This document shows, in pieces, positions 50,141 to 62,376 of a stretch of 64,000 bases of DNA. How positions within the stretch are numbered: position 1 is the first letter of the stretch; the number at the start of each line of letters is the position of its first letter. This DNA is from Heptranchias perlo (Eukaryota). Made by a program: the position numbers and the translations under genes. The stretch is from contig NC_090325.1 of assembly GCF_035084215.1 (NCBI RefSeq), positions 96,906,001 through 96,970,000 of the forward strand, given 5' to 3'. Below the pieces are notes generated by a model. That model was not told where the DNA came from and did not search any database. It saw nothing but the letters and a program-made list of their open reading frames with translations.

Positions 50141-51699
50141 AAAGATTCATATTTTTGCTATAAATAATAATAAAATCTTGTGCAGTAAAATTTTGACTTC
50201 TTTGAATACAAGTAAATGGCGCAGCTCCACATTGCAATTGCAGCCTTCACCATTTACACTCCTTTAAACTTCTGCTGTAAAAGAGCGTGCAATCTTTGTC
50301 ATGCTTTTTAGCCACGGACCATGGATTTTATACTGAACAAAAAAAAATAAACCATTAAACTTGGCAAATTGTAGCTTTCTTTCCAATCAAAAAATCAATT
50401 GGCGCTGCAAATTCAAACCCAAGTGGGTTTATTTTAGGCTCATTCAGCGACTGAGGAAACACACTCAGCATTTCAGATACTTTTCACCAATCTATTTTTA
50501 TTACCAGTGTCATAGCATTTAAAGAAATGAGTTAATGTAGATGATGAAGTCCACACTTACTTATTTTCCAGATGAAAGCTTCTGGATAGGCAGATTATTA
50601 AATTATTGATTTTCACTGTAGCCCGTTACCAAGAATAGACAGCTCCACCTCCCATTGACCTGGAAATTCTCCCATTTTTCATTAAATGAGAAATTTCACA
50701 ATACATTATTCTGTAATCTATCATCAATGGGGAAAATATAATCTTTTGTACAGCTCAATAATAATTAAATAAATTATTTGTAGAAAAGGGCTTTAAAATT
50801 TTAACTGCATCTAAACAATCCATAGGGGGCGCTGTCAGCACACGCCAGACACCAGTACTTCAGTGAAATCTGTATTTAAGTAAAAAGGATAATTCTGAGG
50901 AGTTTTTATGATCAGAATTTCTTTAACTAAAAATATACATATAAACTACACAAGTAAAAAATTACTTACTAAAAAATCTTCCCTGCAGCATGCTAACTAA
51001 ACCTGTATTTTCTATAAAATAAATCCAATGTATGCTTCGAACATGAGAACAGCTATTAAAATAAATGTGGAATGTTGTACCTATGATGTTGTTTATTCAT
51101 TATTTTCAGCCTTCCGCTCATATGTAGGCTTTTCACTACGTGTCAACAGCAGTCTTTAATTGAAACAAGTTAAATTGAAACATATAGAGTTGCCATAGAA
51201 CAAATTACCATGGCACAAACAGGTTTGCATATATTTATACATTATGCAATAAACAACTTACTAACAAGTACTACATTCTTAAAAATACGTGTGATACCAC
51301 TATCGGTTATGTGATAGTGATGTATGCATTCAGCTCATTGCATAATGGATAAAAAAGGATTTTAAAAAAATGTTAAGTGGAAGTTATATTTGAATCAAAT
51401 TCAGAATTTGTTCACTTCAGGATAATTCGAGGGTGCTAATACAATTCAAGTTTGGGTAGGACTGTCTCTTTAAAAAATAAATGACACTCTTCAGTATATG
51501 GGACATCATGTTGCCTGTCCTGCTGTCAATGTCCTGTTGTTGAGGATAAATGGCGGCAGTATATGTCTGGAAGTGTTGCACCAAAGGTAGGTACTTTCAG
51601 TTCCTAGCAGTATAACAGGGTAGGTGATCACTGGTTTCTGATCATTAGTTGATTAATATGTGTCCAGTTTCTGTGGTGGTCTCATTGAAGGAGATGGCT

Positions 51700-52040
51700 T
51701 CATCGAGTTACATCGAAACTACAGCACAGATACAAGTAATTTCGCCCAACTGGTCTATGTCAGCATTTATGCTCCACACGAGCCTCCTCCTTCCTTACTT
51801 CATCTAGCCCTATCAGGATACCCTTCTATTCCTTTCTGCCACAAATGCTTATCTAGCTTCCCCTTAAATGCATTTATGCTATTTGCCTCAACTACTCCTT
51901 GTGGTAGCACGTTCCACATTCTAACCACTCTCTGGGTAAAGAAATTTCTGCTGAATTCTCTATTGGATTTATTAGTGACTATTTTATATTTATGACCTCT
52001 AGTTTTGGACTCCCCCACAAGTGGAAACATTTTCTCTATG
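51700..52040 (-). mobile_element. CR1 3' fragment
   Basis: EKMFPLVGESKTRGHKYKI...FFTQRVVRMWNVLP. Confidence 0.9.
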
Positions 52041-52849
52041 CTTGATCCTTTCCAATGTCTAATGTGGGCAGACGAGGCATCCATTTTCTGTGTTTGTATT
52101 GATGGGCCAATTGGTTTGTGGGAAGCGGCTGCATCTTTTATCCCTTATAGTACAACGAAGCAATATACTTCTGTCTATACGAGGCTCACAATATTGGGAA
52201 TACATTTCCTGGGTGCTCTGCAATCTTTAGCTGCCGATGGATTCTTGTCTTTAGTGGGACAGGACTGCACTGGTGCTTCTATACCTGGTCATTATTTAAT
52301 AAAAATTATATGAATATTTAAAATGTATAACATAAGCAGCATAGTTTTTGCTGGCATCAGGCTATCCGAATGATAGCTGTAATGCATAAATTCCATTGAG
52401 TCTCTGAATGTCTTCCTCAGCGCCAGGATGAAACAGTTAGGAGGAAGCAGAGAATTTGTTAGTACTACTCAAAGTAAACCCAGTATCACCATTTCTCTAT
52501 GTTAATCTATTGTTTGTGTGAACAATACAAACACAGACCATCTGCTTTCGATCTACCCACACTGGAGAGGCTGTGGCAGCATTAGGCAGGCTTCACTGTC
52601 TACAGGTAGGAATTAAGCTTGTTACATAAATGATTAACTTGCCCAGACATTTCAATTAAACAGACTTTTATAGAGCAAAAAATTCTGATAATTACACATC
52701 AGAAAAGGAAATGAACTACTTTTATAATTGTAACTTTTTTTAGTTCTCTTTTTCACTGATTTTTCTCTGCCAGTTTTCTCTCCTCTCCTTTACATAAGAT
52801 GTTGGCTGCATTACTGGGTTATTGCTTCATGGTATTGGTTGGTTCCTCC

Positions 52850-53400
52850 AATTCCACTCCCTCTCCTAGTTTTGTATCAACTGCAAACTTGATCAATTTG
52901 CATTACTTTTGTGAAATCAATTCATTGATATATATTAGAAACAGTAATGATCCCAATACCAATCACTGGGGAACCCACTCAATCCTTCCCCCAACCACAA
53001 CATGTCTCCTCTAACAAGTACCCATTGTTTTTTTAAACCTTCAGCCAATGTATTATGCGTTCCCAGGATTTACTCTGAATCCCATAGCTTTGGGTTTAAC
53101 TAATAGACCTTCATGTGGAATTTTGTCAAATGCCTTTTGGAAGTCTAATACACCATATTCTGGAGCTCCCATAGTCAAGAAGGTTAGATAGACAAGATCT
53201 TCGCTTTTATGAACCCATGCTGATTGCTGATTTTACATGGGATTGAAGTAAGACATATGGGTCTGTGTTTACCTGTCTCTGTTTTGTCACCCTTTTTGAA
53301 TATGAGCTTGTTTCCAGTCCAGTGACTCCCTCATAATAATGATCAAATCTCCCCCCTAATCTCTCTCAGTGCCCTAGGATAAATATCTAGCCTGTCTAGA
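52850..53400 (-). mobile_element. Old CR1 RT fragment
   Basis: Reverse complement of LDFQKAFDKIPH, GFPSDWY.GS (decayed GVPQGS) and KFAVDTKLG. Confidence 0.7.
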
Positions 53401-53907
53401 GCATCTGTCTCATTTATATCAAAGTCACTGATTTTACCTAGGTTGTCTCTGTTCTGGAAGGGCACATTGCTAATGTTTTCCCTTGAGGAAGTAATCATTC
53501 AGAATACTTACTACCTTGTGCTGTTACTCAACTTAAAGCCCTTTCACCTATGGTACTTCTGGATTATACTCAACAACTGTCCAGGGTGCTACATTTGGAA
53601 TTCAACCCACCAATGTCCTTGCATCCTGCATCTTGGAGCAGTACTGAGATTGGCCTCAAGTGGGATTGTGACTCTTGACAAAATTGTGGTGAATAACACT
53701 AGGACACAATTAGACTGAATCTGCAGGAAAAGCATGTACACAAGTTAGGGATATGAATGGTTCATTACTGTGAACTGTTTGATACAATGTTATGGAATTA
53801 TAAACCAAGCTGAAGCAACATAGCAGCCATAAAAATAATGATGAGAAAATGTCTAAATATTCTACTTCTGAGAAGGTTTGAGCAATGTCAGAAGTGTTGT
53901 CAATAAC

Positions 53908-55333
53908 GGGCTGGAAATTGCACTGAGCAGCGAATGGATGTTGCCCACGGCTTGTAAGTAACTAACGCACCAACAAACTTTTCGTGGTCTTCTAGGCACT
54001 AACTTGCTTTAATAGAGAGCTGCAAGAAGGGCTGTGGTCGTTCCCGGGCAGCGGTCGTTCCCGGGCAGCGGTCGTTCCCGGGCTGTGGTCGTTCCCGGGC
54101 AGCGGTCGTTCCCGGGCAGCGGTCGTTCCCGGGCAGCGGTCGTTCCCGGGGCTGTGGTCGTTCCCGGGCTGTGGTCGTTCCCGGGCAGCGGTCGTTCCCG
54201 GGCTGTGGTCGTTCCCGGGCTGTGGTCGTTCACGGGCAGCGGTCGTTCCCGGGCTGTGGTCGTTCCCGGGCAGCGGTCGTTCCCGGGCTGCGGTCGTTCC
54301 CGGGCAGCGGTCGTTCCCGGGCAGCGGTCGTTCCCGGGCTGCGGTCGTTCCCGGGCAGCGGTCGTTCCCGGGCTGTGGTCGTTCCCGGGCAGCGGTCGTT
54401 CCCGGGCTGTGGTCGTTCCCGGGCTGTGGTCGTTCCCGGGCAGCGGTCGTTCCCGGGCAGCGGTCGTTCCCGGGCAGCGGTCGTTCCCGGGCAGCGGTCG
54501 TTCCCGGGCAGCGGTCGTTCCCGGGCTGTGGTCGTTCCCGGGCAGCGGTCGTTCCCGGGCAGCGGTCGTTCCCGGGCTGTGGTCGTTCCCGGGCAGCGGT
54601 CGTTCCCGGGCAGCGGTCGTTCCCGGGCAGCGGTCGTTCCCGGGCAGCGGTCGTTCCCGGGCAGCGGTCGTTCCCGGGCTTCTCTGAGCTGTGAGAGGAG
54701 GAAAGGAGTTCTGTGTCTCCTCCACCAATCAGTTGTGAGAACCAGGAAGTGAATCTCATTCACAAACCGCACAGACTAAGAACCAGGAAGTGTCAGATAA
54801 GATTAGTAAATGTACTATAAAATCAGATAGTAAAAGCAAAATAAAGAGAGGGTAAAATTAAAGGACTCATATAAAAGAGACAGAAAGAAAAAGTAAAAAA
54901 ATTAAAATTTTAAATTTTTAAATTAAAATTTATTTTTTAAATGTCCAAAAATGATTAAAATCTGGTGTAATGAGAAGCCACATTTTTAAAAGTAAATTTT
55001 CAGTGCCAAATAGGTTGTTTGGGAGTCATTAATACTTATCACACCATGAAAAGATAGCTTAGACCTGATATAACTCAGCGTACATTTTTTTCTGGCGCAA
55101 TTGGTTAGTTTCCAGCTGGGCAGGAGAGCAAGTTTGCGCTGGTCCATTGGTTCCAGTCTGCAATATCTCTTTAACATGAAGCTATCAGATCAGCTGGGAA
55201 TCAGGAAGAGCAAGTTCTGGATTTCCACGTTTGACTGCGCATGTGTGGTCGCCGGAACTTGCTCTTCGATTTGCCCATTAATAACGGTGAGTGCTGTTCG
55301 GTTCACCATTACTTTACGAGCAATTTCCGGCCC
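53908..55333. mobile_element. Non-autonomous Harbinger-type element carrying a minisatellite
   Basis: TIRs gggctggaaattgc / gcaatttccggccc, flanks aac / aat. The interior is homologous to 58527-59163. Confidence 0.85.
54029..54680. repeat. 17-bp GC/CpG-rich minisatellite, ~38 units
   Basis: Unit GGGC(A/T)G(C/T)GGTCGTTCCC with interspersed variants. It explains the periodic ORFs on both strands. Confidence 0.98.
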
Positions 55334-56469
55334 AATGTAAACTGACCATAGCTCTCATCTACTTTGCAATTTGTTTTACTAAAGAGACTCACAAATATTT
55401 TTATTTTGATGTGAGCTACGAACAATATCATGAATGAGCCTCATAATAATCTCATGATCTAGGCCAACAGCACCAACCCCACCCCTGCTCCTGCCACCCT
55501 CCCATTACCATAATCAATGCTGTTAGATTCCCATAATATTGTCCTGGATTGACAAAGGGTAAATAGTAGAAAAAAGAAATAGAAAGATTTGTATTTATGT
55601 AGTCCCCTGAAATGTGTTTAAAGGCTACACATAGTGAAAACCCTTTAGAAATACAATGACTGGTGTTATGTAGTAGACTGAAACCGTCACAAATACAGCG
55701 TTCATGTATTTTACAGAATACATATAGATCACTTAGTTCAAATAAATTATAATGTTCTCAGTAGTTAGGAGATACTTTGGCACTGATACGTACCATAGCT
55801 GATAAAGCTTAATTTACCCATAACCCTCTGAGAAAGTCCTTTATGACCTTAACCCCTCCACCTTGCTACATTGAATTAATCGATCGCATGGAAGTGTTTT
55901 ATTTAGAATTGTTTTTCCTTTATTTTGAACATATATAATATAACATGTCACATTGGAAACAGTGACAACCGGTCAACAGCCTGACTCCAGCCGATCTGTA
56001 ACAATAACTGCTTAAACTACTGCACCTTCGCTAAAATTACATGCTTGCTACTTTTTGCGATCTAACTGTGAACAATATCATTAAATGTAATACACATGGA
56101 GGGTTTCTAGTAGCCTTTCTAAAATAGTTCTCATTGAAACTTAAGCATTCTCCAAAGGCCTTACTAAAGAAGAAATTTAATCTCACAGTATGAAATTACA
56201 GTTGTATTTTACAACCAGAAATTGAAATGCAGCTGACAACCCCTTTACCCTAACATCCTTTAAGTTATAAATATAGGGACCTTAATGTTGCCTATGTATC
56301 TTACTTTTCAGAATATGAGTACTAGTCATTCTAATTTATTTTTGTGTAATCATAATCTTTACTGACACCCTTTAGTAATTCATGTCCCAAACTTTGTAAG
56401 AATATAGGCTTTATATTGGCTGAAGAATAATAGTCTGAACATTTTGTGGTAGTTAAAGAAATGTAGTTC

Positions 56470-58190
56470 ACAACAAAAACTACTTGCATTTATATAGCAC
56501 CTTAAACGTCAGAAAATATCTCAACGGGTTCATGAGAGCGTAATTAGGCAAAAATTGACACTGAGCCAAAGGAGACATTAGGACAAGTGACCAAAAGCTT
56601 GGTCAAAGAGGTAGGTTTTAAGGACGGTCTTAAAGAAGGAGAGAGAAGCGGAGAGGTTTAGTAAAGGAATTCCAGAATTTAGGGCCCATACGGCTGAAGG
56701 CACGGTCCCCAATGGTGAGGCAAAGGGAGGGGAGGGGTTGCAGAAGAGGCTAGAGTTGGAGGAACGCAGAGTTCTTGGACAGTTAAAGGGCTGGAGAAGG
56801 TTACAGAAATAGGGAAGGGTGAGGTCATGGAGGGATTTGAACACGATGATGAGAATTTTAAAACAAAGGTGTTGATGGATGGGAAGCCAATGTAGGTCAG
56901 CGAGCACAGAGTGATGGGTGAATGGGACTTGGTGCGAGTTAGGATACGTGCAGCAGAGTTTTGGATGAGCTCAAATTAATGGAGGGTGGAAAATGGTAGG
57001 CCGGCCAGGAGGGTTTTGGAATAGTCAAGTCTGGAGGTAATAAAGGCATAGATGAGAATTTCAGCAGCAGATAAGCAGAGACATGGTAGAAACGGGCCGT
57101 ATTACAAAGGTGGAAGTAGGCGGTCTTGTTGCAGGTGTGGGGTCAGAAGCTCAGCTCAGGATCAAATAGGTCGCTAAGGTTGCGAACAGTCTGGTTCAGC
57201 CTGAGACAGTAGCCAGAGAGGGGAATGGAATCGGTGGTGAGGAAGATAAAGATGGGTGTCATCAGTGTACATGTGGAACCTGACGTCATATCTTTGGATG
57301 ATGTTGCCCAGGGGCAGCATGTAGATGAGAAATAGGAGGGGGGCAACGATAGATTCTTGGTGGACTCCAGAGTTAACGTTGCAGGGGCGGGAAGAGAAGC
57401 CATTGCAGGAGATTCTCTGGCTACAACTGGATAGCTAAGGGTGGAACCAGGCAAGGGGATTCCCACTCAGCTAGACTATGAAGGAGAGGCGTTGGAGGAC
57501 AATGGTGTGGTCAACATGTCAAAGGCTGCAGATAGCTCAAGAAGGATGAAAAGGGTTCGTGCACCATGATCACAGTTACAGAGGATGTCATTTATATCTT
57601 TTATTAGGGTCATTTCAGTGCTGTGGTGGGGTGGAAACCTGATTGGAGAGTTTCAAACATGGAGTTGAGGGAAAGATAAGCACAAATTTGGGAGGTGGCA
57701 GCTTATTCAAGGACTTTGGAGAGAAGAGGGAGCTTCGAGATGAGGCGGTAGTATCCAAGGATAGAGAGGTCAAGGGTGATTTTTTTGAGGATGGGGGTGA
57801 AGACAGCAGATTTGAAAGGGAGGGGCACAGCACCTGAGGAGAAGGATCCATTTACAATATCAGGTATCATGGCTGCCAGGAAGGGAAGTTGGGTTGTCAG
57901 CAGTTTAGTGGGAATAGGGATGAGAGAGCAGGAGGTGGGTCTCATAGACAAGGTAAGCTCAGAGAGAGGATGAAGAGAGATTGGAGAGAAACTAGAGAAA
58001 GGTGCGAGTTCAGGGCTAGGAACCTTGGCGAAGCTTGGCTTGGTGAGCATGGGGAGGGGAGAGATGCGGCAGAGGCAGCTGAATGGACGGTCTCAATCTT
58101 AGTGACAAAGAAGTTCATGAGATCCTCGCATTTGTTGTTGAAGGGGAGGGAGGAGGGAGCAGGGGAGAGAGGTTTAAGGCGATGATGGAT
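56470..58190 (-). mobile_element. L2 LINE, decayed
   Basis: Minus ORFs LADLHWLPI...FDQAFGHLS and YRLISKLPLLSKVLE, with the tail at ~56470. Confidence 0.9.
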
Positions 58191-58526
58191 AGTGTAGAGA
58201 AAAGAAGCTGAAAAGAAAAGACTTTATAACTTGAGTGCTCATTGTCCACTTAAAAATTCAAGCATTTTGTTATAAACATTTTCCTAATTCAAAAAAATAG
58301 CTTAGGAACTGTCACATTGAGATCTGTTCTGCTGATGCAGACAATATAAAATGAATAGTGCAAGAATAATTACCAAGTGGTAGGCTATTATGTAGAAAAA
58401 ATACTTTTGTCAATATGGTTTGATCAGATTGAGAGATGTTTTGGGGAATGGAGATTTTTAAAGACAGTATATTTTAATATTTGAAATCAGGTTATTCCTC
58501 ACACTCCAATGTTATTTGTGGTCAAT

Positions 58527-59163
58527 GGGCCAGATCTTGCTATGAGCAGCAAACAAATGGCACCAGCCATTCATTAGACTTGCACTTGCTCATTGATGTT
58601 TTATGAGCTTTTACACGGCAAGTTACTGTCAACGAGACAGCCAAATGGCACGGCACCCTCTACACAGCATCTGGGACCTGTGTGAACGGGGCAAGCAACT
58701 GTGTATCTCCTTAACCAATCAGATTGAAGAATTGTTAATAACAGCGCAGAGTCAGGGCCAGGAAGTGTAGGTTAGAATAGTGAATTCAAAGTCAAATTAG
58801 GTACAGAAAGCGAAATAAAGAGAGGGAAAGAAAGATTGGATTAAGACACAGAGATAAAAAAGACAGAAAGAAAAAGTTAAAAAAATTATATATTTTTTTA
58901 AATGTCCATCAATGATTAAAAGCTGAAGGAGTGAGACTCAACAATTGTAAAATTTAATTTTCAGTGCCAGAGAAATTGTTTGGCAATAATGAAAACCTAC
59001 CACACTGTTAACAGGGTACTTACAAGCGCTGGAATGGACAAGCCCTAACTTTTTTTGGTGAGTTTAGTCTGTATCTATGAGGTATGTACAGGAGCTTCAC
59101 GTCGTTCAGTAAATTTGAATGGTGAGTCAGCCTCACCGTTAATTTTACAGCAAAATCTGGCCC
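58527..59163. mobile_element. Harbinger-type MITE with intact TIRs and TSD
   Basis: TIRs gggccagatcttgct / agcaaaatctggccc (14/15 match) and a perfect 3-bp duplication aat...aat. Confidence 0.9.
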
Positions 59164-59481
59164 AATATGAATAATGTATGATTTAGATTTAAATAAGCAT
59201 GAAATAATGCATGTAATATTGGCCTGAATTTTTCTTGATCCCATTTACAGCAAAATTATGTCCAAATTTAAGCCGGTTAGTACGTCAATTTTACCATTGG
59301 GATTTTGTGCCAAAACTGGAACATAAAAGTGGTGTAAAACAAATGGCACCAATAGGGATAATAACGCGAGTGTAAAAAGATGTGTGCTTTCTTCTGCCAC
59401 GGTGCCTCGGTGTCAGAGCCACTTGTCTCCACTGCTCCTTTCCCTCTTCTATCCTCCTCTGCAGTGGTATGCCCATAATCT

Positions 59482-61590
59482 CTAAGTGGGAGGCTTTCAA
59501 AAGTGTGTTAACCAGGGTTCAGGGTAAGCACATTCCTTATAAAGTGAAGGGCAAGGCTGGTAGAAGTAGGGAACCTTGGATGACTCGGGAGATTGAGGCC
59601 CTGGTCAAAAAAAAGGAGGTATATGACATGCATAGACAGCTGGGATCAAGTGGATCCCTTGAAGAGTATAGAGATTGCCGGAGTAGAGTTAAGAGAGAAA
59701 TCAGGAGGGCAAAAAGGGGACATGAGATTGCTTTGGCAGATAAGGCAAAGGAGAATCCAAAGAGCTTCTACAAATACATAAAGGGAAAAAGAGTAACTAG
59801 GGAGAGAGTAGGGCCTCTTAAGGATCAACAAGGTCATCTATGTGCGGAACCACAAGAGATGGGTGAGATCCTAAATGAATATTTCACATCGGTATTTACG
59901 GTTGAGAAAGGCATGGATGTTAGGGAACTTGGGGAAATAAATAGTGATGTCTTGAGGAGTGTACATATTACAGAGAGGGAGGTGCTGGAAGTCTTAACGC
60001 GCATCAAGGTAGATAAATCTCCGGGACCTGATGAAATGTATCCCAGGACGTTATGGGAGGTTAGGGAGGAAATTGCGGGTCCCCTAGCAGAGATATTTGA
60101 ATCATCGACAGCTACAGGTGAGGTGCCTGAAGATTGGAGGGTATCAAATGTTGTGCCTTTGTTTAAGAAGGGCGGCAGGGAAAAGCCTGGGAACTACAGA
60201 CCGGTGAGCCTGACATCTGTAGTGGGTAAGTTGTTAGAGGGTATTCTGAGAGACAGGATCTACAGTCATTTGGAGAGGCAAGGACTGATTAGGAACAGTC
60301 AGCATGGTTTTGTGAGAGGAAAATCATGTCTCACGAATTTGATTGAGTTTTTTGAAGGGGTAACCAAGAAGATAGATGAGGGCTGTGCAGTAGACGTGGT
60401 CTACATGGACTTTAGCAAAGCCTTTGACAAGGTACCGCATGGTAGGTTGTTACATAAGGTTAAATCTCACGGGATCCAAGGTGAGGTAGCCAATTGGATA
60501 CAAAATTGGCTTGACGACAGAAGACAGAGGGTGGTTGTAGAGGGTTGTTTTTCAAACTGGAGGCCTGTGACCAGCGGTGTGCCTCAGGGATCGGTGCTGG
60601 GTCCGCTGTTATTTGTTATTTATATTAATGATTTGGATGAGAATTTAGGAAGCATGGTTAGTAAGTTTGCAGATGACACCAAGATTGGTGGCATTGTGGA
60701 CAGTGAAGAAGGTTATCTAGGATTGCAACGGGATCTTGATAAATTGGGCCAGTGGGCCGATGAATGGCAGATGGAGTTTAATTTAGATAAATGTGAGGTG
60801 ATGCATTTTGGTAGATCGAATCGGGCCAGGACCTACTCCGTTAATGGTAGGGCGTTGGGGAGAGTTATAGAACAAAGAGATCTAGGAGTACAGGTTCATA
60901 GCTCCTTGAAAGTGGAGTCACAGGTGGATAGGGTGGTGAAGAAGGCATTCAGCATGCTTGGTTTCATTGGTCAGAACATTGAATACAGGAGTTGGGATGT
61001 CTTGTTGAAGTTGTACAAGACATTAGTAAGGCCACACTTGGAATACTGTGTACAGTTCTGGTCACCCTATTATAGAAAGGATATTATTAAACTAGAAAGA
61101 GTGCAGAAAAGATTTACTAGGATGCTACCGGGACTTGATGGTTTGACTTATAGGGAGAGGTTGGATAGACTGAGACTTTTTTCCCTGGAGAGTAGGAGGT
61201 TTAGGGGTGATCTTATAGAAGTCTATAAAATAATGAGGGGCATAGATAAGGTAGATAGTCAAAATCTTTTCCCAAAGGTAGGGGAGTCTATAACGAGAGG
61301 GCATAGATTTAAGGTGAGAGGGGAGAGATACAAAAGGGTCCAGAGGGGCAATTTTTTCACTCAAAGGGTGGTGAGTGTCTGGAATGAGCTGCCAGAGGCA
61401 GTAGTAGAGGCGGGTACAATTTTGTCTTTTAAAAAGCATTTGGACAGTTACATGGGTAAGATGGGTATAGAGGGATATGGGCCAAGTGCAGGCAATTGGG
61501 ACGAGCTTAGTGGTATAAACTGGGCGACATGGACATGTTGGGCCGAAGGGCCTGTTTCCATGTTGTAAACTTCTAAACTTCTATGATTCA
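59482..61590 (+). mobile_element. Young CR1 LINE, 5'-truncated, uninterrupted RT reading frame
   Basis: ORF to 61568 with [41 protein letters not shown] and KFADDTK, with no stops or frameshifts. It lacks the endonuclease. The first ~33 aa of the ORF are flanking DNA. Confidence 0.97.
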
Positions 61591-62109
61591 AATAGCCTGC
61601 ATTTCTTACTTTCTGATGAGATAGAGAGCATAGTTTCCACCCTATTTCAATAATCAGTGTGCATTGTATTTCAATATTTCAGTTGCATTTAGGATGCCTT
61701 AAATATTTGAATACTATGCATTTTAAGTTCTATTTGCAAAAGCCTAAATGTACAGGCAATATGATCTAACAATGAAAAATATTTAAGGGAACCAAATGCT
61801 ATCAAGAGTGATTTGTCTGCAGTCTTGTACTCTCAGGCAGAAGGATCTAGTCAGGTCTTATTGAAATAAATAATTAAATTCACTTTTATAGTATTTTAGT
61901 CGAATATCCTTATACAGCATATTTGTTTTTTTATGACATCTTACTAACAATGTTTGGAATTATTGGCTGGGCAAAAGCTGAGCAAAGTGACGTAAATATG
62001 TTATGTCAGAATCCTTTGCATTTGTTTTAAATGCCCATTATGACAAATGCACCATTTTACTGAAAAAGGAATCAAATCCCTTTGCTTCAATAGCATATTC
62101 ATTCCGCAT

Positions 62110-62115
62110 TTTATT
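62110..62115 (-). terminator. Candidate polyadenylation signal of gene B
   Basis: tttatt on + (AATAAA on -) about 35 nt past the predicted stop. Confidence 0.4.
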
Positions 62116-62148
62116 CAACAGCATTTCCCATTTCCTTCTTGATTTTTT

Positions 62149-62376
62149 TTAATCAAATGCTTTAACTTGAGATGCAAAAGTGTATCTAGTATATCCAACA
62201 ATAAATACTACGCTTCCAGAAATCACAGACATAAAATGATTATCTGATGCAAGAACATCTTTGACAGTAACATTTGAAAAATAATGGAAATCCATTTCTA
62301 TGACTGACAAAGCATGCATTTCATGATTTTCCCCTGGGTGACGCTCTATACACTGCACCTCAGCACTGTGCTCTGA
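62149..62376 (-). CDS. Putative terminal coding exon of unidentified - strand gene B
   Basis: Minus-strand acceptor gccgttcttacatag|, then open SEHSAEVQCIERHPGENHEMHALSVIEMDFHYFSNVTVKDVLASDNHFMSVISGSVVFIVGYTRYTFASQVKAFD-TAA in non-repetitive AT-rich DNA, followed by AATAAA. Confidence 0.6.
   Translation of the reverse strand, partial: SEHSAEVQCIERHPGENHEMHALSVIEMDFHYFSNVTVKDVLASDNHFMSVISGSVVFIVGYTRYTFASQVKAFD

Noticed and set aside
51110-51222. Exon-like segment (ttttcag...ACAG|gtttgc)
   Set aside because: All three frames hit stops and no compatible partner exon was found. It could be non-coding but is unsupported.
53992-54772. Five long overlapping repetitive ORFs, or a CRISPR-like array
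   Set aside because: Products of a stop-free 17-bp tandem repeat. There are no unique spacers or cas genes, and the context is eukaryotic.
59382-59481. Hydrophobic, Cys-rich N-terminus on the 728-aa RT ORF (signal-peptide-like)
   Set aside because: Flanking DNA upstream of the 5'-truncated CR1. It starts at a non-ATG codon and reads like a Harbinger remnant on the opposite strand.
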